From a virus (taxonomy: Duplodnaviria > Caudoviricetes), in the IMG/VR virus record IMGVR_UViG_3300046816_000391, positions 1 to 50,776 of that record: 50,776 nucleotides of DNA; one strand, given 5' to 3'. Under the pieces are notes generated by a model that was not told the origin of the DNA, did not search any database, and worked only from the letters and a program-made list of their open reading frames with translations. Made by a program: the position numbers and the translations under genes. Shown here piece after piece: positions 1-8,672 of the stretch (within the stretch, counting starts at the first letter, position 1; every line of letters starts with the position of its first letter).

Positions 1-127
1 CATGACGAGCGCCCGGGCAGCCGGAAGTTGCGACCATGCTGGGTAATTGATCGACTCACGATGATCGACAAAAACTCCCGGATCGACCGACGCCTGACGG
101 CATTTCTCAAGGTCATTCATCCGCAGC
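1..127. repeat. 127-bp terminal direct repeat identical to 50650-50776 (circular-assembly overlap)
   Basis: catgacgagc...catccgcagc is identical at both ends; the hydroxylase ORF reads in frame across the junction. Confidence 0.97.
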
Positions 128-267
128 CAGATGTCATCGAGCTGTCGATGGGGCGACCCTTCTGTCTGGGTTCTCAAAGTGAACTGATTCCATAGATCCG
201 TCTTCGCCAGAGCCAGTTGCAATGGCACCATATCGATGCCATCGGCCAGCTTCACGAAATTCCTCAT
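1..267 (-). CDS. 5' part of aspartyl/asparaginyl beta-hydroxylase family 2OG-Fe(II) oxygenase (continues at 50649-50329; 195 aa total)
   Basis: ATG at 267 overlaps upstream TGA (ATGA); MRNFVKLADGID...DDIWLR joins in frame to MNDLEK of ORF 50329..50769. Confidence 0.85.
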   Translation of the reverse strand, partial: MRNFVKLADGIDMVPLQLALAKTDLWNQFTLRTQTEGSPHRQLDDIWLRMNDLEKCRQASVDPGVFVDHRESINYPAWSQLPAARALVM

Positions 268-935
268 TGTTTCCAAACCCGCACTTTCAGTGTCCCAGAC
301 GCAAGATTGACGTTCGTAGTGTGATTGTTTCGGATGTACACGGACACCGTATCTGCCGCCGTGACCTTCGCGACTAGTTCCACCTTGTCGGCATTCGAGG
401 TGGAAACATCCGCATGGGATGCCAGCGCGAAATCCCCTGCTGCTGCCCCGGTCACCGTCACCGTCGTGATATCGAGCGCATCTGTGGCAAGGTCCGGCGG
501 GTCATAGGTCTTGGAACCGCTCAGGACGTTCGCTGACAGGAGGTAGCGCGCATCCGCGGACGTCTTCGTGTAATAGTCGGCGAGCGCCGTAGCAAGCTCT
601 GCTGCGGTCGTATACACCGGATGCGGATCAGGGGCTGCAACATGCGCTGCCAGCGCATCTGATGCGCCCGTGGCCACTGCAACAACCGCTGATGTGCGCG
701 CGATGCTGAGCGGAATGTCTCCGTCATCCAGCGTGTCGTAGGCCATATCGGCCCCACGACGGATCAGAAGCTGACCAGTGGACCCTGCAACCTCAAGCTT
801 GATGAGCGTGACGGAATGATCCGCCAGCTGATCCGGACCGACGCTTCCGTCGGTGGGGATGACCTCGGTATCCTGAAAAAAACGAGCCCATTCACGTTCA
901 TTGGTCGGGGTAACCTTGAACGGTTTGATCGACAT
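264..935 (-). CDS. Virion structural protein (putative tail needle/fibre-like)
   Basis: Directly downstream of gp10-like gene; HVAAPDPHPVY fibre-type motif and beta-rich C-terminus. Confidence 0.55.
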   Translation of the reverse strand: MSIKPFKVTPTNEREWARFFQDTEVIPTDGSVGPDQLADHSVTLIKLEVAGSTGQLLIRRGADMAYDTLDDGDIPLSIARTSAVVAVATGASDALAAHVAAPDPHPVYTTAAELATALADYYTKTSADARYLLSANVLSGSKTYDPPDLATDALDITTVTVTGAAAGDFALASHADVSTSNADKVELVAKVTAADTVSVYIRNNHTTNVNLASGTLKVRVWKQ

Positions 936-2332
936 CAGTTCGCCGCCGCCTTGTCGACGCGATCTGCGATATCTACATTGGTCGTTGCAAGTATGAGCGT
1001 ACGCCTCACCGGATCGGAGATGGCATATTCATAGACGCGGTCACGAGACCAACCGAGCTGATTCCAGATCGTGCGCGCTGTATATTTTCCGGTCCGTCCA
1101 AGGCTTCGCCAATGTCCATTGGACCAGGTACGACCACCGTCATCTGACCAGCGCAACATGACCTGCGGATCTGATCCTTGGCCCGTGATGAGGCCGACGC
1201 CCTGCTCAAAGATCAGCTCGAGACGAAAGTGCCGTACGCGTTCGCCGTCGTTCGATACCGAGGCCGAGGCAGCGGAGCTGCGCAGGATCTCGTTCCACTC
1301 GGTGAAGATATCCGGGTCGAGCTTGCCGAGCTTGTTGCTGAATTGATCACCGACGAACCATTCGTCATAGGCTCTCAAGACAAAACGAGGTCGCCACTGA
1401 TCATAGCCGCGACTTTTTCGCTCGTGCCATTTACCGGTGGAGATGTCGTAGACGACCGCGCCACTGGATGAAGACAGGCCATAGAATTTATGGCCGCCCT
1501 CGACCCATGTCATTCCATAACAGGTCTTGTTTGGCCAGCCTTCTATGATCTGCTCGATCCAGTGAGTGGAAACTCTCTCTGGTTTATAACCATTCAGCTT
1601 GTAAACGATGCCGTCATGTCCTGGAAAGAAAATGGTGTTGTCGATCTTCCCGGGACCAAATCGTGACAGACAGCCCACCTCAAATATCCCGTTGGGAACG
1701 GCTTCGATTGGAAAGTCGGCATTTCCGGTATCGGTGAAAACTTCACCCGACATCTTGCCAAGCAAGATCAGCTCACCGTGATCCACGATCCCCGAGACGA
1801 TGTCATCCGGATAGCGCTCAGCGCTTGCGAAATCGAGCGCATCCCACGCGGCGGGATTTCGATTCGAACTGATCGCGAAGCGCCCACTGTTGGGAACCCC
1901 GACGATGAAATAGCCATCGAGCGTCTCAACCCAATCCGCGCCCGGGAAATCCTCATCCACGATCCGTGTGACCAGAGTGCCATCCCAGTAGTATCCAAGG
2001 CCTTCAGTGACCAGCATGACGTGCGTTTCATCGCCCGCCATATCCACATAGCCTGTGCCCGGAATAGATCCTAATTCGATGGCGGCGCCAGTTTCTGGAA
2101 TGCGATAGAGCTTCGTTCCCACGACCACATAAGGAACGCCGTTGACCGCAAGACCCCCGCGAACCTTCCCGCTTCCGATCGTGAGATGATCCGCAATCCC
2201 ATAACTCTGAACGATCGCCGCAAAGGTCTTCGCCTGCGCAGGCGCGATCTCCAGATAACAATTAATCATGCGCTGGGCAGAAAGCGACCGCGAACGATGC
2301 TGGTAACTCTCAAGCCCGAAGGACAGCCTCAC
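935..2332 (-). CDS. P22 gp10-like tail hub / packaged DNA stabilization protein
   Basis: 465 aa; GQGSDPQVMLRWSDDGGRTWS and GKY..R.IW.QLG..RDRVYE motifs; follows gp4-like gene. Confidence 0.88.
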   Translation of the reverse strand: MRLSFGLESYQHRSRSLSAQRMINCYLEIAPAQAKTFAAIVQSYGIADHLTIGSGKVRGGLAVNGVPYVVVGTKLYRIPETGAAIELGSIPGTGYVDMAGDETHVMLVTEGLGYYWDGTLVTRIVDEDFPGADWVETLDGYFIVGVPNSGRFAISSNRNPAAWDALDFASAERYPDDIVSGIVDHGELILLGKMSGEVFTDTGNADFPIEAVPNGIFEVGCLSRFGPGKIDNTIFFPGHDGIVYKLNGYKPERVSTHWIEQIIEGWPNKTCYGMTWVEGGHKFYGLSSSSGAVVYDISTGKWHERKSRGYDQWRPRFVLRAYDEWFVGDQFSNKLGKLDPDIFTEWNEILRSSAASASVSNDGERVRHFRLELIFEQGVGLITGQGSDPQVMLRWSDDGGRTWSNGHWRSLGRTGKYTARTIWNQLGWSRDRVYEYAISDPVRRTLILATTNVDIADRVDKAAAN

Positions 2333-3246
2333 CGCACATTTCTCGACAAGATGACCGAGGCGTTTTCAGTGTCGTAATCGAGCAATGTTTCGAGCTTTTT
2401 GGTGGCTCGGCGCTCCAGATCCATCCGCTCTTTGAGCGGCATGCCGTAATCAGGAGAAAGCTCCGAGGCCAAATTCCACACCAGCGCATTGGTCCATTCA
2501 ATGGGGAACTGCGGCGCATCGTTCAGCGCATCGAAGTTATCGACGAGGTTCTGCGTGATGAGCACGAGCTTGTCGCTTCCAGAGGTTGCCCAGACGAACA
2601 ACGTTCCATTGTCGAAGGTTGGCGTGTAGTACGCCTGATTCACATAGCCCGGCTGATCCTTGCGCGCGAGGCCCTGGTATTCCGTATCTCCGATCAGAGT
2701 GACCTCAACATCAAATCCTTGCGCATTACGGCGCAGGGCGTAGATCACTTTCTGCGGTCGATAGGCCTTATCCGTATAGGCATAGACGGAATTTCCGGCG
2801 GAAGCCCCCGAGACGAGCCCGTCCGCGATAATCACACTTGCCGCATCGGCAAGCGTGGACCAGTGAATCACGCCACTATCGAGCTTGATCCCGATGTGGT
2901 CCCCATCCGACATCCCTGTGATTGAGGTCAGCGCGAGAGCGATAGCCCCCGTATCTGCAGCGGTGGCTAGTGTCGTCTCGACATAGGCGCTCGTTGCATT
3001 GTCCCCCGTGGGACCGATGAGGTAGGACTGCTGCCCAGGCTGCACGAAGAGCGTGATGGTGGTACGCCACGGCACATCGATGCCGAGCGCCGACCATTCT
3101 TTCACCATCGTGTTGAGGGCGAACTTTGCGTCTTGCACTTCCTCTGGACTTGCCTGCTCACCGCTTTGGTAGACGCCCGCTTTCTTCAGTGCAGCCGCAA
3201 TGATGTCATTGCAGGTAACGCTCAAGTTCTTGGAACCGGAGGGCAT
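2329..3246 (-). CDS. P22 gp4-like head-to-tail adaptor (305 aa)
   Basis: Start re-placed at ATG 3246, coupled to upstream stop; DIIAAALKKAGV...ALNTMVKEW and FPIEWTNALVWNLASELSPDYG motifs. Confidence 0.8.
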   Translation of the reverse strand: MPSGSKNLSVTCNDIIAAALKKAGVYQSGEQASPEEVQDAKFALNTMVKEWSALGIDVPWRTTITLFVQPGQQSYLIGPTGDNATSAYVETTLATAADTGAIALALTSITGMSDGDHIGIKLDSGVIHWSTLADAASVIIADGLVSGASAGNSVYAYTDKAYRPQKVIYALRRNAQGFDVEVTLIGDTEYQGLARKDQPGYVNQAYYTPTFDNGTLFVWATSGSDKLVLITQNLVDNFDALNDAPQFPIEWTNALVWNLASELSPDYGMPLKERMDLERRATKKLETLLDYDTENASVILSRNVR

Positions 3247-3647
3247 CAGCTTTTCCTGAACTTGAGGATCAGCATGCCGATATTCGATGTGGAAACGACC
3301 CCGAATGTGTCGATCAGGAGCGCCCCCGTGCCGTCGATACCGGTTGCATTTGCAAGCGGACCGACGGGGCGAAAATCGATGTGATTGCTGGCACCAGGGG
3401 TGAATACCCAGGCTGTCTGATCGACCGGCGCATCGTATTTCACGCGTACCGCAAACCCGTTCAGGTCGTACCACGCCTCCACCAGCGCCATATTCGTGAT
3501 CGGGACGGGCTGGGAATTGAGGTCGGCCGGATCGAACAGCAGATAGTTGGACAGATCCGGCGCCGTACCATCGCCGTGAATCAGAACGCGAAGGATGAGG
3601 AAGCGATCCCCATCACTCGTTTTGGTGACGCTCACCGTGTGTGCCAT
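3246..3647 (-). CDS. Hypothetical virion protein
   Basis: GGAG RBS, beta-rich, lies in the structural operon. Confidence 0.6.
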   Translation of the reverse strand: MAHTVSVTKTSDGDRFLILRVLIHGDGTAPDLSNYLLFDPADLNSQPVPITNMALVEAWYDLNGFAVRVKYDAPVDQTAWVFTPGASNHIDFRPVGPLANATGIDGTGALLIDTFGVVSTSNIGMLILKFRKS

Positions 3648-3658
3648 GGAACTCTCCG

Positions 3659-3690
3659 CAAAAAGAGAGGGGGCTTTCGCCCCCTTTGGA
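3659..3690 (-). terminator. Rho-independent terminator
   Basis: GGGGGC-GAAA-GCCCCC hairpin followed by TCTCTTTTT on minus strand. Confidence 0.75.
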
Positions 3691-3693
3691 AAA

Positions 3694-4218
3694 TCACACC
3701 GGCACTTCGGCCCACGTCATCTCAGTGATTCCCACGGGGGCCGTGGTGATGTAGCTGATCTGAATGTAGGAGCCAGGAACGAGGATGATTTCGCCATCGA
3801 TCTGGGCTCGCATGGTGAGGCCACTGGCGGTCGCAGGCGTCGTCGGGGAATACCCGAGGATGCGGGTATAGACCGGCAGGTTTGGCGTTGTAGAGGCGCT
3901 GTAGGCGCGCCCTACCGCCTTGCCTGAGGCACCCGATCCATCGGCTGAGTAGACGTTTACGGCGGTTACGGAAGCATGCGCGATGGCACTTGGCGCAATG
4001 CTTTGCGCGAGGAAGATGATCGCCGTCGCAGTCGGTACCGTCGTGTAGGCGAATGCCGCCGAGAGCAGTGCCAGCTTCGCGTTCGAACCGAACGGATTGG
4101 AAAGAATGAACCCCGTCGCGGTTGAGGTGTTGATGAGGGTGACCGTCGCGGCGGCCTGATTGCAGGCGGTGAAGACCTGACCCCGGCGGTTGTAGTCGAA
4201 ACCATTGATGATGGACAT
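3694..4218 (-). CDS. Putative capsid decoration/fibre protein
   Basis: Ala/Thr/Ser-rich beta protein ending WAEV, downstream of capsid gene. Confidence 0.55.
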   Translation of the reverse strand: MSIINGFDYNRRGQVFTACNQAAATVTLINTSTATGFILSNPFGSNAKLALLSAAFAYTTVPTATAIIFLAQSIAPSAIAHASVTAVNVYSADGSGASGKAVGRAYSASTTPNLPVYTRILGYSPTTPATASGLTMRAQIDGEIILVPGSYIQISYITTAPVGITEMTWAEVPV

Positions 4219-4243
4219 GGAAAATCTCCGAAAGGGTTACAGA

Positions 4244-5215
4244 TCAGGATCCGTCACTGTCAGCGGCCGGGATCACGATTCCAGAGGAATCGGCGGTGCC
4301 TGACATGAGGTTGTTCGTAAAGCCGTACTTGCTACCGGTCGTGATGATGAGCATTCCGGCCACATCCAGAGACTTCACGTAGTTGTCGTAGACCATGCCG
4401 GTATTGGTCGTGGCTGTGGTCGTGATGAGAAGTCCGCCGCTCGATGTGTCGGTCGTCGGGCTGAACACGAGGTTTCGACCCATGTCGAGGTTTGTGACCA
4501 CGAGCGCCGCATGCGCAAGCACCGCGGCCGTATTGCTGATCGCAGCCCGGGTGAAGTAGTTGTCGCAGATCGTGAGCTTGTCCTGCGTGCCCAGAACCTT
4601 GATGGCAGTGGTTGCCGCCGTGGTCCCGAGAGATAGCACCCGATTACGCGAAAAGGTCAGATCGTCCGCTACCACCGCGACAGTCGTCGTGACGACAGTG
4701 AGGAAATTGTGAGTGGCATCCGTATCACGGAACTCGCAGCGCTCAACCGTAAAGCCCGGCGCAGTCGTGAGCAGGAACACCGTTGCGATGTCGGCAAAGT
4801 TTGCGACAAACACGCAGTTCTGAAACGAAACATTCGCTGCGGACACGGGGATCTTGGCGGTCGCGATCGTATCGATCGTGAAGGTCGGGCGTGCGGTGCC
4901 GATACCCAAGCCGATGATTGCAACGCCTGCGATGTTCGCCACCAACGCCGTGGCGGTTGACAGCGTTTCCGCATGCCCCGGCTTGACGAACACGATATCG
5001 CCACGACTTGCGACACACTGAGTGATCGCATAATTGACCGAGGCGAAAGGCGATTCGAAGGTCCCTCGATTTCCATCCGATCCGCCGCGATGCCCCTGAA
5101 GGACGGATGCAGCATTGTTTGAGACCCAAAACGCCTTGCCGGGGTGCGTCTGCACCAGCGGCACGCCCCGAATACTCACGGCATTGAAGCCGTTCGGGAA
5201 ATTGGAAGCAGCCAT
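4244..5215 (-). CDS. Putative head fibre/spike with parallel beta-helix
   Basis: GSDGNRGTFESPFASVNYAI...GDIVFVKPGH motif typical of beta-helix N-caps, repeated NCxF/Nxx turns; follows MCP. Confidence 0.6.
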   Translation of the reverse strand: MAASNFPNGFNAVSIRGVPLVQTHPGKAFWVSNNAASVLQGHRGGSDGNRGTFESPFASVNYAITQCVASRGDIVFVKPGHAETLSTATALVANIAGVAIIGLGIGTARPTFTIDTIATAKIPVSAANVSFQNCVFVANFADIATVFLLTTAPGFTVERCEFRDTDATHNFLTVVTTTVAVVADDLTFSRNRVLSLGTTAATTAIKVLGTQDKLTICDNYFTRAAISNTAAVLAHAALVVTNLDMGRNLVFSPTTDTSSGGLLITTTATTNTGMVYDNYVKSLDVAGMLIITTGSKYGFTNNLMSGTADSSGIVIPAADSDGS

Positions 5216-5265
5216 TTACAATTCTCCTGTGAACCCCGATGGGGTCCTTGGAAATTTCACAGTTT

Positions 5266-5298
5266 GAAAATGAGAAGGGCCCCGGAGTGGGGCCCTTC
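5266..5298 (-). terminator. Terminator after major capsid gene
   Basis: GAAGGGCCCC/GGGGCCCTTC 10-bp stem followed by TCATTTTC on minus strand. Confidence 0.65.
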
Positions 5299-5322
5299 AG
5301 ATCGAACTACCTTGCGAAGTCT

Positions 5323-6234
5323 TCAGGCACCGGGGCTTGCGTACACGGTGCGCGGGTCTCCCCATACGGTGCTAAAGCGACGATACACTTTCGCTTTGGC
5401 ATTCTCCGTATCGAAATCGGAGTCCTGCGTGAACTGCGTCATCTCGCGGTCGAACCACGTGAGGCCATTCGGCGCATTCGTCTTCACGAAGAATGCATCG
5501 GTGTCGGTCAGATAGTGGTTGATCGCGACTTCGGGAATGATGCCGCGAGCCTTCAATGCGTTGATCGCATTGTTGACCGTATCGTTCTGCAGCTCTGACT
5601 TCAGGATGCGATCCGCATCGAACACCAGCGCCGTCGGCAGAATCAGCCGCTTGGGCATCAGTGAGATCTTGAGCCCGCGCGGATTGAGCGCGTTCATGAT
5701 CTGCACCGCGAGGTCTTCGAGGGAAGCTTCCGAGAGATCCGCCGCGGTAGCGAGCGTATTCGACCATGTGCCGCCGATCGCCAGCGGATGCGAGGCCGAC
5801 GCCAATACCACGCCGTCACCACCGTTGTAACCGGAGGTGTAGGCACGATTCAGCACGTTGGCGCCGACGTTCTCTTCGGTCTGTCGCAGCGAAAAGGCGA
5901 GATTTGCCGCACGCTGCATCGACTTTTCCCCGTAGAGATTGTCCGCGAGTTCCTCCTTGGTCACGACATAGCCCAGCGAATAGGCCACATGCACTGCACG
6001 GGCGATGTAGCCCTGCGAGTGACTGTCGTACTTGGTCCCCTGTCCTTCGGGCTTCACCGGCACGAGGCCGAAGCCGTAGGACTGAACCATCTCCTCGTAG
6101 TTCTTCTGCGAGGTCGTGGTTTCGAAGATCTGTGTGTACTCGACCGGATGCTCGTCGTACTTGGCTCCGAACCAGGAGTAAACGCCTGGCCAGAGGGCCT
6201 TCGGATGATTGCCTGTTGCGATAATACCGGCCAT
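5323..6234 (-). CDS. Major capsid protein (HK97 fold, Mu gpT-like family)
   Basis: 303 aa; KPEG...YD, GDGVVLASASHP, LSEASLE, NHYLTDTDAFF, WGDPR motifs; position after scaffold. Confidence 0.88.
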   Translation of the reverse strand: MAGIIATGNHPKALWPGVYSWFGAKYDEHPVEYTQIFETTTSQKNYEEMVQSYGFGLVPVKPEGQGTKYDSHSQGYIARAVHVAYSLGYVVTKEELADNLYGEKSMQRAANLAFSLRQTEENVGANVLNRAYTSGYNGGDGVVLASASHPLAIGGTWSNTLATAADLSEASLEDLAVQIMNALNPRGLKISLMPKRLILPTALVFDADRILKSELQNDTVNNAINALKARGIIPEVAINHYLTDTDAFFVKTNAPNGLTWFDREMTQFTQDSDFDTENAKAKVYRRFSTVWGDPRTVYASPGA

Positions 6235-6236
6235 GT

Positions 6237-6794
6237 TCAGACTCCCGTGGCATCGCCGCGCAGCGACGATTCACTGATGCGAACCAGCAGTTTCGCGTAC
6301 TGGCCGACTTCGTTATCCGCTCGATCCGCAAAGCCGAGGATCATGATCGAGGCCGCCGAGGAACTCGACGTGCTCTGCCCATAGACCATCGCGGAAATCC
6401 CGGTCGTGGTGCTGCCCGAGCCCACCACGATGTCACCGAGTTCACCTACGGAGCCAGAGGTCGGCGTTCCGTTGCTCTGAATCTCGAAGATCACATCGAG
6501 CGCAGGAACGACCTGGCAGTAGCGCTCGGTTGAAGCCGTACGATACGTTTTTGAGAGGTCGTCCCGATTGGGATCGAAGGAGGTGATGACACCGAAGATC
6601 TCATTACCCGCCGCGGCCTGAATGACCGAAGGATATGCTCCCACGGAGTCGCCCGAGAGCTTCACCGCATCGCCGATGAAGGTTGCCGTGCCATCCCCCG
6701 AAGGAACCACACAGCGAATCGTCGCCCCGTTGTAGGGGCTGCCGTCGAGCATCGAAACAGGACGGAAGCCGAACGGGGTATTTGTGTTAGCCAT
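6237..6794 (-). CDS. Capsid decoration/cement protein
   Basis: MANTNTPFGFRPV...IFIGDAVK type N-terminus, immediately upstream of MCP. Confidence 0.65.
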   Translation of the reverse strand: MANTNTPFGFRPVSMLDGSPYNGATIRCVVPSGDGTATFIGDAVKLSGDSVGAYPSVIQAAAGNEIFGVITSFDPNRDDLSKTYRTASTERYCQVVPALDVIFEIQSNGTPTSGSVGELGDIVVGSGSTTTGISAMVYGQSTSSSSAASIMILGFADRADNEVGQYAKLLVRISESSLRGDATGV

Positions 6795-6807
6795 TTACCC
6801 ATCTCCG

Positions 6808-6834
6808 AAAAATGAAAAGGCCCACAAGGGGCCC
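6808..6834 (-). terminator. Terminator-like hairpin
   Basis: GGCCC-CTTGT-GGGCC followed by TTTTCATTTTT on minus strand. Confidence 0.5.
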
Positions 6835-6859
6835 GGATGAGCGGCAATGGCTATCGAAC

Positions 6860-7279
6860 TCAATTCTGCAACTGCACGTTGCCATACTGGTTCTCGACCG
6901 TCACACCGCCCGCTGTACCAACACGGACCGCTTCATCCACGCGCTTGTTCACGGCTTCCTTTTTCGCCATGTCTTCCGCGCGCCATTCGTCGCGGATCTT
7001 CATGAGGAAAGCCCGAACCGGCACGCCCTGAGCGTTCCGACCAACGACCCGACTCACCTTGGAGTTGAGGTCCGAATTACCGCCGTGGACTTCTTTGTCG
7101 CCCACACTGCCTATTTCGTCCGGCTTCACGAACTCATAGCCCGCATCCAGTGCTCGTTGAATGCGGCCACTTTCATCGTTGAAAAATCGCAAGTGATGAC
7201 CGGCTATCTGTTTATCTACCTGAAGACGCGTGCGATTCGCAGAAAAGGGAATGCGCTCGCGACGAGTTTTGTCACTCAT
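6860..7279 (-). CDS. Conserved head-module hypothetical protein
   Basis: Start MSDKTRRE at 7279; GHHLRFFND...ALDAGYEFV...AFLMKI pattern between scaffold and capsid genes. Confidence 0.7.
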   Translation of the reverse strand: MSDKTRRERIPFSANRTRLQVDKQIAGHHLRFFNDESGRIQRALDAGYEFVKPDEIGSVGDKEVHGGNSDLNSKVSRVVGRNAQGVPVRAFLMKIRDEWRAEDMAKKEAVNKRVDEAVRVGTAGGVTVENQYGNVQLQN

Positions 7280-7281
7280 GA

Positions 7282-8049
7282 TTAATCCCACCTGTAGCTT
7301 TCGAGGTATTTCTCCGGCGTGAAGCCCTTGATCGTGCGCACGAACATCGCGCACGCCTCCTTGGCATCCTGCGGAAGATCATCGAACGATCTGCCTTTCT
7401 TCTGACCTGCCTTCATCGTTTGTGTTTCCGTCACCGTTTCGGTCCGGCGCGGATTCACGAATTTATGCGGCATCTCTGCCTTTACCCGCTCCGTCAGCTT
7501 GTCGAGGAAAGCCCGGCCCTTGAGAGTGGGGTTTTCCTTCTTCACCAAATCAGAGAGACCATCGGCGATCGCCTGCAGCGCAGGGTCCGTGTTGTACCAG
7601 GCGTTGTCGTTGAGCCAGCCCTGCGTTTCTGTGCTCACACGCGGAGCGGTTTTCACCGGCTCCTCGGTGCGCAATTCCTTCAGGCGCGCTTCGGTCTGGA
7701 CGAACGTTTGCCCGTCACCTTCGGTTACTGCCTTTGCCCGCAGCGTCTCGAGCTCTGCGATCACCCGCTCACGCTCCTTCTGTTCCCGAGCAAGAGTCTT
7801 CTCGTGATATTCGCGAAAGAGACTCGATCCCTCTTCTAGCTCGCCGACCTTTTTCGTCAGCGATTCGACGGTTTCGACGAGATGCCGATTCTTCGCCTGC
7901 ACAATTGGCAGGATCTGGGCACCGCGCTCGACAAACGTCTTCGCATCGACCCATCGATCGGCGGGACCTTTCCATGACTCGGCCGGAACCCAGCCATCGG
8001 TGCGGGCGATTTCCTCGAAATTCTGCTCGGTCTCATTTTCGGGAGGCAT
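7282..8049 (-). CDS. Capsid scaffolding protein
   Basis: Acidic coiled-coil protein, GWVP..W...WVDA..FV and WLNDNAWY motifs, upstream of capsid genes. Confidence 0.7.
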   Translation of the reverse strand: MPPENETEQNFEEIARTDGWVPAESWKGPADRWVDAKTFVERGAQILPIVQAKNRHLVETVESLTKKVGELEEGSSLFREYHEKTLAREQKERERVIAELETLRAKAVTEGDGQTFVQTEARLKELRTEEPVKTAPRVSTETQGWLNDNAWYNTDPALQAIADGLSDLVKKENPTLKGRAFLDKLTERVKAEMPHKFVNPRRTETVTETQTMKAGQKKGRSFDDLPQDAKEACAMFVRTIKGFTPEKYLESYRWD

Positions 8050-8440
8050 GGAATGAAGTCCTCGCTTTTAGATCCGTGAAATTGACACCTTCTTCGACGA
8101 TTGCCGTCACATCGACGTCATTCATGATCCGGTAGGACTTTTCGTCCTTCCCCGTGACCTGCAAGCCGCCGTATTTGGCGAAGGCCACCCGGTCCCCGGG
8201 GCTCGCAAAGGCTTTGGTGAAGCCTCGCGTGGCCGTGATGCGCCCTTCCGAATCACGTTCGACGTGATCCTTGTACGCATCGGGACCGCAGGCGATGAAC
8301 GTGCCGATGGACTGGGCCATCGCGTGCAGTTCACCGACACTCCCCGGAATGATGATGCCGCCTTCGGTGACTTCCTCGATCTCATCGGGTTTTATGAGAA
8401 CCCGGTCTCCGCAGGGATGGATTCCCGACGTGTTCTTCAT
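8033..8440 (-). CDS. groES: GroES-like co-chaperonin
   Basis: HPCGDRVLIK...TEGGIIIP...GDRVAFAKYGG...YRIMNDVDV matches Cpn10 signature. Confidence 0.9.
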   Translation of the reverse strand: MKNTSGIHPCGDRVLIKPDEIEEVTEGGIIIPGSVGELHAMAQSIGTFIACGPDAYKDHVERDSEGRITATRGFTKAFASPGDRVAFAKYGGLQVTGKDEKSYRIMNDVDVTAIVEEGVNFTDLKARTSFHASRK

Positions 8441-8672
8441 CTAGCTCCTCCAGCTCACTCACTTGTTTCGATTCAAATGCCTCGATCAACTCGCTCAGAA
8501 CATCTTCCTGGCCCAACAAAAACGCTTTGCCTTCCTGGGTGCGATGCGGCTCGCCGGGGTAGTACACCTCCGCACGGCGCATGAAGGTCGCATCGAGCCT
8601 TTCTTTCAAAACCCTGAGGAACCAGCGGGTGGTTTCACCTTCCAGCCATTCCTCAATCTGCGGTTGCTGCAT
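8382..8672 (-). CDS. Hypothetical protein downstream of portal
   Basis: MQQPQIEEWLEGETTRWF; helical small protein in the usual post-portal slot. Confidence 0.65.
   Translation of the reverse strand: MQQPQIEEWLEGETTRWFLRVLKERLDATFMRRAEVYYPGEPHRTQEGKAFLLGQEDVLSELIEAFESKQVSELEELDEEHVGNPSLRRPGSHKTR

Noticed and set aside
1-127. Biological direct terminal repeat
   Set aside because: 127 bp matches a common assembler k-mer and the repeat falls inside a gene; best read as a circularisation overlap
3247-3474. N-terminal extension of gp4-like ORF
   Set aside because: Overlaps the upstream gene; ATG 3246 is coupled to its stop
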